Part shown: piece after piece, positions 37,506 to 46,918 of the stretch
How the letters are laid out: every line of letters begins with the position of its first letter
Position numbering within the stretch: position 1 is the first letter of the stretch
Origin: Candidatus Aminicenantes bacterium
GTDB lineage: Bacteria; Acidobacteriota; Aminicenantia; Aminicenantales; JAFGBC01
DNA length: 64,000 nt
Assembly (NCBI GenBank): GCA_963702005.1
Contig: OY969696.1
Coordinates: 1,824,001 to 1,888,000 of the forward strand
Reading direction: 5' to 3'
Translations under genes and position numbers: made by a program
Notes under the pieces: generated by a model
What the model was told of the DNA's origin: nothing
Seen by the model: the letters and a program-made list of their open reading frames with translations, nothing else
The model's database searches: none

Positions 37506-38507
37506 ATGCGAGGCGAGAAGAATTCCATCACCGACGTCGGCGGGGTCAGGGTCGGGAATCTCACGTTCCAACGAGACATCCAGGGTCCGTCGGGAGGTCT
37601 GATTGCGGCGCGGACCGGTCTGACCGCCGTCCTACCCTCGCTCATGGAAAAGGAGCTGAGGTTCTTTTTCTCCACCGATGCCCTTGGGGCGGGGCTGGAG
37701 ATCACGGGCTACGAGGTCACGGAGGATTTTGGCTACCTGAATTCGCCCCTGGTCATCACCAATGCCTGCAACTTGGGCAAGGCTTACAATGCCGCCCTCT
37801 CTTACGGCTTCACCTTGAAGCGGGGCGAAATCTGGCCCCCGGTGGTCATCGGGCTCAACGATTCCTTCTTGAACGGGATGGACCGGGAATGCCTTGAGGA
37901 AGGGGACATTCTGGATACCTTCCGCCGGGCCACGGACGGGAAGGTCGAAGAAGGCTCGGTCGGGGCCGGGACTGGGCTGCGGGCCTTGGGCGCCAAAGGA
38001 GGCATCGGCACGTCTTCCCGCCGTGTTTTCATCGGGGAAGAGGCATACACCTGCGGCGTCTTGGCCGCCTCTCATTTCGGCAACACGGGCGCGGCGAACG
38101 GGAAGCCCCCGGCCGAACGAGCGGGTGAGGATGAGGGCGCCCTCATCCTAATCACCGCCATGGATATTCCTCTCCTCCCTCATCAGCTCCGGAGAATCAC
38201 CAGGAGCCTGGTCGCCCGGATGGACGCCTCCATCCCATCGGGAAGCTTCTCGGATGCCGTCCTCGGGGCGACCTTCACAACGGCCAATGCCATGAACCTT
38301 TCGGAGGAGGGGCCCGTGGAATTCGAGTTCCGATCCGTCGCCGACATCCATCTCGAGGGCATCGCCGAAGCCGCCTGCTGGGCGGCGGAGGAAGCCGTCG
38401 TCCATTCTCTTCTTCAAGCCCGGCCGGTTCGAGGAAAATCCGGCCGCACTCTGGAGACCATCTCTCCGGAGCGCCTGGCCGGGATCTTCAAGAATAAGGA
38501 AGCTTGA
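37506..38507 (+). CDS. DmpA-family paralogue, probably non-catalytic
   Basis: NSITDVGGVRVG and KGGIGTSSR are kept, but G-A replaces G-S at the nucleophile position, SGD is absent and there is no signal peptide. Confidence 0.75.
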   Translation: MRGEKNSITDVGGVRVGNLTFQRDIQGPSGGLIAARTGLTAVLPSLMEKELRFFFSTDALGAGLEITGYEVTEDFGYLNSPLVITNACNLGKAYNAALSYGFTLKRGEIWPPVVIGLNDSFLNGMDRECLEEGDILDTFRRATDGKVEEGSVGAGTGLRALGAKGGIGTSSRRVFIGEEAYTCGVLAASHFGNTGAANGKPPAERAGEDEGALILITAMDIPLLPHQLRRITRSLVARMDASIPSGSFSDAVLGATFTTANAMNLSEEGPVEFEFRSVADIHLEGIAEAACWAAEEAVVHSLLQARPVRGKSGRTLETISPERLAGIFKNKEA

Positions 38508-38515
38508 TTCGTGCC

Positions 38516-39937
38516 ATGAATAACTCTGAACAACAACCCCGCCTGCTCCGAAAAATGAACCTCCTGGACGCCACCTTCCTGGTCATCGGCTCCGTCGTCG
38601 GCTCCGGGATCTTCATGACCTCGGGCATCATCGCCGGATATCTGCCGTCGCCCGGCCTGCTCCTCGTCGTCTGGGCCGTGGGCGGCCTGTTCACGCTCTG
38701 TGGGGCCCTGTCCTTCGCTGAGCTGGGGGCCATGTTCCCCAGGGCCGGAGGACAATACGTCTATATCCGCGAAGCCTACGGTCCCTGGGCTGGGTTCCTC
38801 TTCGGCTGGGGCTTCTTCTGGTTCATTATGTGCGGCGGGATTGCCACTCTGGCCGTGGGCTTCGCCGAATTCGCGGGGTATTTCCTCCCTTCATTGTCCA
38901 CCCAGGCCGTCATCCTAAAGTTGACCCTTTTCGGCCTGCCCTATACCCTTTCCGCCGGGCAGCTCCTGGCCGCCGGAGCGATCATCTTCCTGACCGCCGT
39001 CAACTACCTCGGTGTCAAGACGGGGGTCGTCGTCCAGAACATCTTCACCTTTCTCCGGCTGGGATCGGTGGCGGCCATCGCGGTCTTCGGGCTGACCCTG
39101 GGAAAACGGGCGGGCATTACAAACTTCGGACAGCTCTTTTCAGGCGGAGAAGCCCTGGGGCCTCACGTCTTCTCGGCCTTCGGGTTGGCCCTTATCGCCG
39201 TCCTCTGGACCTATGACGGCTGGTATTCGGTTAACTGTACGGGAGAGGAAATCAAGAGGCCGGAAAGAAACATCCCCCTTAGCCTTCTGCTCGGAACGTT
39301 AAGCGTCACTGTGATCTATCTCGTGGTCAATGTCGTCTATGTCCTGGCCCTGCCGGTGGAGAAGATGAAGGGAGTGGTCCGTATCGGCGAACTCGCCTCC
39401 ACCCAACTCTTCGGGCCGATGGCTACGTCGGCCATCGCGGCGGCCATCATGATCTCCGTCTTCGGCTGCTTAAGCGCGACCATCCTCTACGGTCCCAGGG
39501 TCTATATGGCCATGGCCGAAGACCGGGCATTCTTCCGGAGCATGACCTATATCCATCCCCGTTACCGGGTTCCCAGCAAGGCCTTGATCGGCCAGGCCGT
39601 GTGGTCCTGCCTTCTCTGTCTTTCCGGGAAATACCAGGCCCTCTACGAGTACGTCGTCTTCGCCCTCGTCATCTTTTTTGCCGCCACGGGGTTCGCGGTC
39701 ATCGTCCTCCGCCGCAGCAAGCCGGACCTTGTCCGGCCTTACAGGGTCTGGGGCTATCCTTTCATCCCGGTCCTCTTCGTCCTGATCAATCTGGCCATTT
39801 TCGGCAACACCATCGCCGCCCAGCCGCTTAAGTCTCTCATCGGGATGGCCATCCTCCTCATTGGGATCCCGGCCTACCTCCACTGGCAAAAAAAGGGCGC
39901 GGCCGCCCGGAAGGAGTCAACGTGTCCGCGAAAATAA
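38516..39937 (+). CDS. APC-family amino acid permease
   Basis: GSVVGSGIF, AELGAMFPRAGGQYVY, YDGW, EEIKRPERNIP and RPYRVWGYP. Confidence 0.92.
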   Translation: MNNSEQQPRLLRKMNLLDATFLVIGSVVGSGIFMTSGIIAGYLPSPGLLLVVWAVGGLFTLCGALSFAELGAMFPRAGGQYVYIREAYGPWAGFLFGWGFFWFIMCGGIATLAVGFAEFAGYFLPSLSTQAVILKLTLFGLPYTLSAGQLLAAGAIIFLTAVNYLGVKTGVVVQNIFTFLRLGSVAAIAVFGLTLGKRAGITNFGQLFSGGEALGPHVFSAFGLALIAVLWTYDGWYSVNCTGEEIKRPERNIPLSLLLGTLSVTVIYLVVNVVYVLALPVEKMKGVVRIGELASTQLFGPMATSAIAAAIMISVFGCLSATILYGPRVYMAMAEDRAFFRSMTYIHPRYRVPSKALIGQAVWSCLLCLSGKYQALYEYVVFALVIFFAATGFAVIVLRRSKPDLVRPYRVWGYPFIPVLFVLINLAIFGNTIAAQPLKSLIGMAILLIGIPAYLHWQKKGAAARKESTCPRK

Positions 39938-41370
39938 AATCCATCAGCAACCCCCGATTGAACCTCAGGGTCCTACGTGTCGAGGACATCCGCAGGATCC
40001 ATGAGACCACCCTGGAGATCGTCGAAACCATCGGCGTGAAATTCCCGTCCCCAAGGGCCCTGGACATCTGGGAGGCTCATGGCGCCCGGGTGGACTGCGG
40101 AACGCAGGTCGTCAAAATTCCCGCGGCCCTCCTCGAATCCGCCCTGCGCAGCGCGCCGCCCGCCTTCACTCTTGCCGCCCGGGAGCCCTCCCAGGACCTT
40201 CCCCTGGACGGAAACCACGTCTATGTCGGCACGGACGGCTGCGGCTTCGAGGTGATCGACATCGCAACGGGCCTGAAGCGGCGGTCAACGGTCCGGGACG
40301 TGGCGGACATCGCGCGCGTCGCCGATGACCTGGAGGAAGTGGCCTTCCATTGGGTCCCCGTTTCCGCCCAGGACTGCCCGCCCGAAACCCGGGGACTTCA
40401 CGAGATCCTCGCAATCTGGAGCAATTCCACCAAGCATGTCCAGACGGAAAGCATTTATTCCGGAAGGGAAGCCCGGGCGGCCGTGGAAATGGCCTCGGTC
40501 CTGGCCGGCAACCGGGATGCCCTCCGCAAGCGGCCTCTCCTATCCATCATGGAATGCACCATCTCCCCCTTGGCCCAGGACAGCGGGAGTCTCGAAGCGG
40601 CCCTTGTCGGCGCCGAGGCCGGGTGCCCCGTTGGGTTCATGACCATGGCCTCCTGCTGCTCCACGGGACCGGCCACCATGGCCGGGAACCTCGCCTTAGG
40701 CAACGCCAAGGTCCTCAGTGCCCTGGCCCTCATCCAGCTCGCGTTCCCCGGTGCCCCGGTGTATTACGCCTCCGCGCCGACGGTCATAGACCTCCGTTCA
40801 GGCGCCTATACGGGAGGCGGTCCGGAGGACTTCCTGTTTGGCGCCGCTTCCAACGAGCTGGCCGATTTTTACAATCTTCCGCTTTCCATGGGCTCCTTCG
40901 CTACGGGCGCCAAGGAACCCGGCTGGCAGGCCGGCCTGGAAAACAGCCTCTCGACCTTCATGGCCTCGGCGGTCATGTCCGATATGCTTCTCGGCGTAGG
41001 CCTTCTCAATGGGAGCACCATCTGGTCCTTTGAGCAGATGATCATGGATTGCGAGATCTTCAGCATCGTTCGCAAGATGATGGAGGGCATTCCCGTGGAC
41101 GCCGAGACGCTGGCTCTGGAGGCCATCCGGGAGGCCGGCCCCAGGGGAGATTTTCTGACCCATGACCATACCCTCCGGCACATGCGAGGGCTTTGGATCA
41201 ACACTCTCCTTGACCGCCGTCCTTATACGGTCTGGGAGAGCAAAAGGGACGGCGCCCGGGACTGGGCACGCGACAAGGCCAAGGCCATCCTCGCCGCCCA
41301 CCATCCGGCCGCCTTGGAGCCCAAGCTGGAAGCGGAATTGAGGAAAATCATTCTGTCCGCGGGAGTCTGA
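39922..41370 (+). CDS. Non-pyrrolysine MttB-superfamily methyltransferase
   Basis: IHETTLEIVETIGV, ISPL, TGPATMAG, D.RSG, AK..GWQAGLE and GP.GDFL...HTL; no in-frame TAG. Confidence 0.88.
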   Translation: MSAKIKSISNPRLNLRVLRVEDIRRIHETTLEIVETIGVKFPSPRALDIWEAHGARVDCGTQVVKIPAALLESALRSAPPAFTLAAREPSQDLPLDGNHVYVGTDGCGFEVIDIATGLKRRSTVRDVADIARVADDLEEVAFHWVPVSAQDCPPETRGLHEILAIWSNSTKHVQTESIYSGREARAAVEMASVLAGNRDALRKRPLLSIMECTISPLAQDSGSLEAALVGAEAGCPVGFMTMASCCSTGPATMAGNLALGNAKVLSALALIQLAFPGAPVYYASAPTVIDLRSGAYTGGGPEDFLFGAASNELADFYNLPLSMGSFATGAKEPGWQAGLENSLSTFMASAVMSDMLLGVGLLNGSTIWSFEQMIMDCEIFSIVRKMMEGIPVDAETLALEAIREAGPRGDFLTHDHTLRHMRGLWINTLLDRRPYTVWESKRDGARDWARDKAKAILAAHHPAALEPKLEAELRKIILSAGV

Positions 41371-41595
41371 AGATCTGAAACCGCCGGACACCGCGGATCG
41401 CATCGTAAAATCTTTCCCGGCCGCTGTCCTGGGCGCCCTTGTCCTCTTCGCGGCCCGCGGCCGGGACAGAGGTCCTCGTCCCCAGGAAAAGGCAGAGTGC
41501 GAACCGCTCCCATCCCCTGTCCATCCAGGGTAAGTTTCTTAAATGGCAAGATATAGGCCCCTTCGGTAACATTTTAGACGGCGCGATTCGCGAAA

Positions 41596-41624
41596 TTGAC
41601 ACCCCCCGGGCCGTGTGCCATAAT
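41596..41624 (+). promoter_or_regulatory. Sigma70-type promoter for LKR-SDH
   Basis: TTGACA-17 bp-CATAAT with an extended TG. Confidence 0.65.
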
Positions 41625-41667
41625 ATCTCTTTAATTTTCGCGACTCTAAGAAGAAGGCCTTATCATC

Positions 41668-42984
41668 ATGAACAAAGTTGCCATCGGCATCCGCAGGGAA
41701 GACATCAACAAGTGGGAGAGACGGGCGCCCCTGATCCCATCCCACGTCCGTGAGCTCATCCGGGATCATGGGCTCGAGGTCTACCTCCAGCCTTCGACCA
41801 TCCGGGTGTTCCCCGACACCGATTACGCCCTGGAGGGGGCCCGGGTCAAGGAGGATATCTGCCCATCAAGGACCGTTTTCGCCATCAAGGAGATTCCCAT
41901 CGAGAGCCTGGCGAAAGACAAGGTCTACGTCTTCTTCTCGCATACGGCCAAAGGTCAGTCCCATAACATGCCCATGCTCAAGCGGATGATGGAGCTCGGC
42001 TGTTCCATCATTGATTACGAGAAGATCGTCAACGAAAAGGGCCAGCGGATCCTGTTCTTCGGGAGCTACGCCGGCCAGGCCGGAATGATCGACTCCCTCT
42101 GGGCCTTGGGGCGCAGGCTGCAGCTCGAGGGCGTCGAGACGCCCTTCCTCCGCCTGGAGCAGACGATCCGCTACAAAAGCCTCGTCGAGGCCAGGGAAGA
42201 GGTCGCCGAGGTCGGCCGCCTCATCCACAAGAAAGGCCTGCCGCCCCGGCTGGTCCCGTTTGTATGCGGATTCCTGGGCTATGGCCATGTCTCCCAGGGG
42301 GCTCAGGATATCTTCGACCTCATTCCCCACGACACGGTCTCGCCCAAGGACCTCGCGGGCCTCTTCCGGAAGGCGGGACCTCCCGCCCGCGGGCTCTACA
42401 AGGTCGTCTTCAAGGAAGAGGACATGGTCCGGCCCGCAGCTCCCGGCGGGACCTTCGATCTTCAGGACTATTACCGCGAGCCCGGGAAGTACGTCCCGAT
42501 CGTGGAAAGCTATGTCCCCTATCTCAGCCTGCTCATCAACGGCATCTACTGGACGTCGAAGTACCCCAAGTACATCACCAAGCCTTTCCTCGCAAAACTC
42601 TACGGCGGGGACGTCCCGCCCCGGCTGAAGGTCATCGGGGATATAACCTGCGACATCGACGGCTCTGTGGAATGCACCATCCAGGCCACGGATTCCGAAG
42701 AGCCGGTCTACGTCTATGACCCCGCGAAAGACGCCGCTGTGATCGGCATCGAGGGCAAGGGGCCGGTCGTCATGGCGGTCTACAACCTGCCCGCTGAACT
42801 GCCGCTTGAATCCTCTTCCTTTTTCAGCGGAGGCCTCAAGAAGTACGTCCCGGCCATCGCTGCGGCGGATTTCCGGGTTCCGTTCGACAAGTGCGAGCTC
42901 CCGCCGGAGGTCCGCAAGGCCGTCATCCTCTACCGCGGCGAGCTCACGCCCGATTATAAATATCTTTCGGAATACCTCTCGTAA
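41668..42984 (+). CDS. Lysine-ketoglutarate reductase (AASS N-terminal-like)
   Basis: IGIRREDINKWERRAPLIP, FFSHTAKGQSHNMPML, IDYEKI, NGIYW, DITCD and NLPAELP. Confidence 0.88.
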   Translation: MNKVAIGIRREDINKWERRAPLIPSHVRELIRDHGLEVYLQPSTIRVFPDTDYALEGARVKEDICPSRTVFAIKEIPIESLAKDKVYVFFSHTAKGQSHNMPMLKRMMELGCSIIDYEKIVNEKGQRILFFGSYAGQAGMIDSLWALGRRLQLEGVETPFLRLEQTIRYKSLVEAREEVAEVGRLIHKKGLPPRLVPFVCGFLGYGHVSQGAQDIFDLIPHDTVSPKDLAGLFRKAGPPARGLYKVVFKEEDMVRPAAPGGTFDLQDYYREPGKYVPIVESYVPYLSLLINGIYWTSKYPKYITKPFLAKLYGGDVPPRLKVIGDITCDIDGSVECTIQATDSEEPVYVYDPAKDAAVIGIEGKGPVVMAVYNLPAELPLESSSFFSGGLKKYVPAIAAADFRVPFDKCELPPEVRKAVILYRGELTPDYKYLSEYLS

Positions 42985-43008
42985 CCCGGAGCGGAAAGGG
43001 AGACCGTC

Positions 43009-44325
43009 ATGAAGAAGGTATTCGTCGCCGGAGCGGGCCTCGTCGTCAAGCCCCTGGTCGGGTACCTCCTCGAACAGCCCGGCTTCCAGGTCGAGGTCGC
43101 CGACGTCGAGCCCGACAAGGCGGCCCGAATCGTCGCGGGACACCCGCGCGGGATCGCGGTCACTCTGGACATCCAGGACGCGGCCGCCCTGCGGATGCGG
43201 ATCGCCGAGGCCGACCTCGTCGTCAGCATGGTCCCCTACACGTTCCACCCGGTCCTCGGAAGGATCGCGATTGACCTGGGTAAGCCCATGGTCACGGCGT
43301 CCTACGTCAGCCCGGCCATGAAGGCCCTCGACGAGGATGCTAAAAGAAACGGCGTCATCCTCCTGAACGAGCTCGGCCTCGACCCCGGCATCGACCACAT
43401 GGAGGCGATGCGCATCATTCGGCGGATCAAGGGCGAGGGGGGAGAGGTCCAGGGATTCGTCTCCTGGTGCGGAGGGTTCCCGGCCCCCGAGGCGAACACC
43501 AATCCCTTCGGCTACAAGTTCTCCTGGAGCCCCAAGGGCGTCCTGCTGGCGGGCAAGAACTCCGCCCGGTACCTCGAGGACGGACGCGTCGTTTTCATCT
43601 CTGCCGAGGAGCTGTTCGAGAGCTTCCGGACCGTCACGATACCCGGCTGCGGGGACTTCGAGGCCTATCCCAACCGCGACTCCGTGCCCTACGCGGAAGC
43701 CTACGGCATCCCGGAGGCGAAGACCATGCTCAGGGGCACCCTGAGGTATCCCGGCTGGTGCCCGACGATGAAGAAGATCGGGGATCTGGGCCTTCTCGAC
43801 CAGAAGGAACGTGACCTCTCCGGAAAGACCTACGCCGGTCTCGTCCGCGAGCTCGCCCAGGCCGGCCCGGGCAGGGAACTCAGAAATGCCCTCGGCCGGG
43901 CCCTTGGCCTCGCCCCGGATTCGGCGGTGCTCGGGCGGTTGGAATGGCTCGGGCTCCTCGAGGAGAGGCCCATCCCGGCCGGCGCCGGCACGCCCCTCGA
44001 CGCCTTGGCCGCCCTGATGATCGAGAAGCTCCGTTACGAAGAAGGCGAGAGGGACATGATCGTCCTCCGGCACGAGTTCCAGACCGCCTGGCCGAACGGC
44101 TCGACCGAGAAGATTGTCTCGACCATGATCGACTACGGTATCCCCCACGGGGATTCCTCGATGTCGCGAGCCGTGGGGCTTCCCGCAGCCATTGGCGCCC
44201 GGCTCATCCTTGAGGGGAAGATCCTCAAAACCGGAGTCCAGACGCCCCTTGATCCCACGATCTACGAGCCGATCCTCGAAGAGCTCTCCCGTCACGGCGT
44301 CGTGTTCCGAGAAGAACGGCTCTAG
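43009..44325 (+). CDS. Saccharopine dehydrogenase (glutamate-forming, LYS9-like)
   Basis: VTASYVS, NELGLDPGIDHM, SWCGGFPAPE..NPFGYKFSWSP, AYPNRDS and RGTLRYPG. Confidence 0.92.
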   Translation: MKKVFVAGAGLVVKPLVGYLLEQPGFQVEVADVEPDKAARIVAGHPRGIAVTLDIQDAAALRMRIAEADLVVSMVPYTFHPVLGRIAIDLGKPMVTASYVSPAMKALDEDAKRNGVILLNELGLDPGIDHMEAMRIIRRIKGEGGEVQGFVSWCGGFPAPEANTNPFGYKFSWSPKGVLLAGKNSARYLEDGRVVFISAEELFESFRTVTIPGCGDFEAYPNRDSVPYAEAYGIPEAKTMLRGTLRYPGWCPTMKKIGDLGLLDQKERDLSGKTYAGLVRELAQAGPGRELRNALGRALGLAPDSAVLGRLEWLGLLEERPIPAGAGTPLDALAALMIEKLRYEEGERDMIVLRHEFQTAWPNGSTEKIVSTMIDYGIPHGDSSMSRAVGLPAAIGARLILEGKILKTGVQTPLDPTIYEPILEELSRHGVVFREERL

Positions 44326-44375
44326 ATGAAAGCCTGATCAGCCGCTGAGGCTCTTTGGCCCGGCCCCGCGGATCC

Positions 44376-46751
44376 TTATCGTTTCCTGGTCCTGGCCTCC
44401 AGGGCTTGGCCTTTTCCCAGCTCCGCCCGATACTCGGACAGACGCCCCAGGCGGTTGTAGATATCGGCCAGGACATAATGACCCAAGGGAGCCGATTCCG
44501 CCTCGGGCTCCAATTCCAGCCCCTTCCGGGCGAGGCTAATGGCTTCGTCGAAGTTCTCGTTCCGGTCGAGATAGGCCTTGGCCAGGAAGAGGTATCCGCG
44601 CGCGAATTGAGGATTGGCCTTGACGGCTTCTTTGAAATGCTCGAATTCACCCTGCCGGTCGCCGGTCCTGCCGCAGACGAGCGCCAAGTTGAAATGGGCC
44701 AGGGAGGCGGCGGGATGGATCTCGATCTCTTTCCGGTATTCATCCGCGGCTCGTTGGAGATCGCCTTTCTCCTCATACAGAAGACCCAGGTTGAAGTGGG
44801 CGTCCGGTATCTGTGGCCGCATCTCGAGCGACCTCCGGATCTCCCGTTCCGCCGGCTCGAGCATCTTCTTCTCAAGATAGGCGGAGCCCAGGAGATTATG
44901 GGCGACGGCGCTGTGTTCCGGGTCCGTAGCGATCGCCTTCTCGAGATGGGAGATGGCCGCGTCGAAATCCCGGACGTCCAGAGCGATCTCACCGAGGTTG
45001 ACATAGGGCTTCGGGTCCTTCGGATCGAGCTCGATGATGCGCCGGAAGCCGGCGGCCGCTTCGTCCGGCTTCTTGAGTTTCCTGAAGGCTTGGGCCATGG
45101 TGAAGATCGCCGCTTCGTAGTCGGGGTCGATCTCCAGGGCCGCCCGGCATTCCTCGACCGCTTCTTCAGGGCGATCGAGCTCCATGTAGATCTGACCCCG
45201 GACCTGGCGGGCCTCCATGATCCCGGGGTCCTCATCGATGACCTCGCCGATATTCTTTAAGGCATCGTCGTATTCGCGGTCGGCCGAAGCCCCCTCGGCC
45301 TGTTTGATCTTGTTGTAGAGGTGGATCTTGTCCTTGGGGTCGGCGAGGTCGGCGGAGCGGCCGAGTCTCGCGCTCGATGTGAACCCGCCGACGTAGCCCA
45401 AGGCCTTCAGTTTCTCCAAGGTATCATTATCCGGTTGCCGGGGGGCTTTCGATTCGTCCCCTTGAACCGGCGAACGCTCCTGGATCCTCTTCATCTCTTT
45501 GATGAACTTCTCCGCCTGGGGGCCGTTTTGCCCGTAGATATTGGCCCTTTCCATGGGGTCCCGGACGATGTCGTAAAGCTCGGGCCGCGGCGCCTGGATG
45601 TATTGGTACCGGACGGTCCGGAGGCTCTTGAGCTCGCTCCACCCATAATGGTATCGAGGGTAATAGCTTTCGCTATAGGCCATCTTTTCGGTTTCGGACC
45701 GGCCGCCGGCCAAGAGGGAGGCCAGGCTTCTTCCCTGGACCTCCTTGGGAACGGCGATCCCGAGGAGGTCGAGGAGCGTGGGCATAATGTCCACGTTCTC
45801 CACCTGGGCATCGATGATCTTCGCCTTCAAATTCGATGCGGGGAGCTTGAGGATCAAGGGGACGGAGACGGTGGAATCGTAAATGTAAAAAGCGTGTGAA
45901 CTCTCCCCGTGTTCCCCCAGGCTTTCCCCGTGATCGGCCGCGATGACGATGATGGTCTTGTCCAGGACCCCCCTTTCCCGGAGGCTTTCCAGGACCTTAC
46001 CGATGAGCGAATCCACATAAGCGATCTCGCCGTCGTAGAGCCCCCAGGGCCGCGCCGCATACTCGCTCTTGTAGGGCTCGGGCGGATCGTAAGGGGTATG
46101 GGGGTCGTAGAAGTGGATCCAGCTGAAGAAGCGGCGGTCCCCGTTCGTTTTGAACCAATCGAAAAAGGCTTTGATGACCTCGCCCCCTTTACGCTGGACG
46201 GAATCGAGGCTTATCTTCTTGTACTTGGCGAAATCGAAATTGTCATAGTAGTAATCGAAACCCTGGTCGAGCCCCCAGCGGGAATCGAGGACGAAGGCGC
46301 CGACGAACGCGCTCGTCGCCCAGCCTTTTTGCTTCAGGAGTTCGGCCAGAGTGACTTTTTCCGGCCCCAGGTAGAAACCGCCGTTGTCCCTGACACCGTG
46401 AACGAACGGATAGGTCCCCGTGAAGATCGAGGAATGCGATGGCAGGGTCAAGGGGGCCTGGGCCGTCGCGTTCTTGAAAAGGACTCCATCCGCGGCCAGC
46501 CCGTCGATATTCGGCGTCCGAACGTTCGGGTAGCCGTAACATCCGAGGTGGTCGGCCCGGGTCGTGTCCAGGGTGAAGAGGAGGACGTTCATCTCCGAGA
46601 ACGTCCCGAGTCCTTTCTTGAAAAAGCCCTTGTTCAGCCCGAGATAGATCAGAAAACCGAGGGTGGCAATGCTTGCCGCCCAGAGAATGATGCGGCCCGC
46701 GGAAGGCCCATCGCCGGCTGAGGCCCTTTCATGATCGCGCTTGGCGGACAT
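44376..46751 (-). CDS. Membrane-anchored sulfatase-like hydrolase with TPR repeats
   Basis: TLDTTRADHL, TLPSHSSIFTG, PHTPY, DHGESLGEHGE, LKALGYV and C-terminal TPRs. Confidence 0.88.
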   Translation of the reverse strand: MSAKRDHERASAGDGPSAGRIILWAASIATLGFLIYLGLNKGFFKKGLGTFSEMNVLLFTLDTTRADHLGCYGYPNVRTPNIDGLAADGVLFKNATAQAPLTLPSHSSIFTGTYPFVHGVRDNGGFYLGPEKVTLAELLKQKGWATSAFVGAFVLDSRWGLDQGFDYYYDNFDFAKYKKISLDSVQRKGGEVIKAFFDWFKTNGDRRFFSWIHFYDPHTPYDPPEPYKSEYAARPWGLYDGEIAYVDSLIGKVLESLRERGVLDKTIIVIAADHGESLGEHGESSHAFYIYDSTVSVPLILKLPASNLKAKIIDAQVENVDIMPTLLDLLGIAVPKEVQGRSLASLLAGGRSETEKMAYSESYYPRYHYGWSELKSLRTVRYQYIQAPRPELYDIVRDPMERANIYGQNGPQAEKFIKEMKRIQERSPVQGDESKAPRQPDNDTLEKLKALGYVGGFTSSARLGRSADLADPKDKIHLYNKIKQAEGASADREYDDALKNIGEVIDEDPGIMEARQVRGQIYMELDRPEEAVEECRAALEIDPDYEAAIFTMAQAFRKLKKPDEAAAGFRRIIELDPKDPKPYVNLGEIALDVRDFDAAISHLEKAIATDPEHSAVAHNLLGSAYLEKKMLEPAEREIRRSLEMRPQIPDAHFNLGLLYEEKGDLQRAADEYRKEIEIHPAASLAHFNLALVCGRTGDRQGEFEHFKEAVKANPQFARGYLFLAKAYLDRNENFDEAISLARKGLELEPEAESAPLGHYVLADIYNRLGRLSEYRAELGKGQALEARTRKR

Positions 46752-46918
46752 TGCGATAAATCTCCTATCTTATCCATATCGGTACTATATCTTCGGCCTG
46801 TTGGCCCTGTCAATCGCGGCGAAAAGCCGCGAAATGATTGCCTGTGGAAATCTGCGGAACTATCCCTGGCTTGAATTTCTTAGAATGAGCGGATAAAATA
46901 TTTGCTAAAGGCAGAACG

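Noticed and set aside
39922-41370. Pyrrolysine or selenocysteine recoding
   Set aside because: MttB is continuous with no amber codon; no evident TGA read-through in the Cys-rich genes.
41866-44295. 809-aa minus-strand ORF and similar long shadow ORFs (e.g. 18742-20226, 49573-50793)
   Set aside because: They mirror well-supported genes, as expected in GC-rich DNA, and carry no recognisable motifs.
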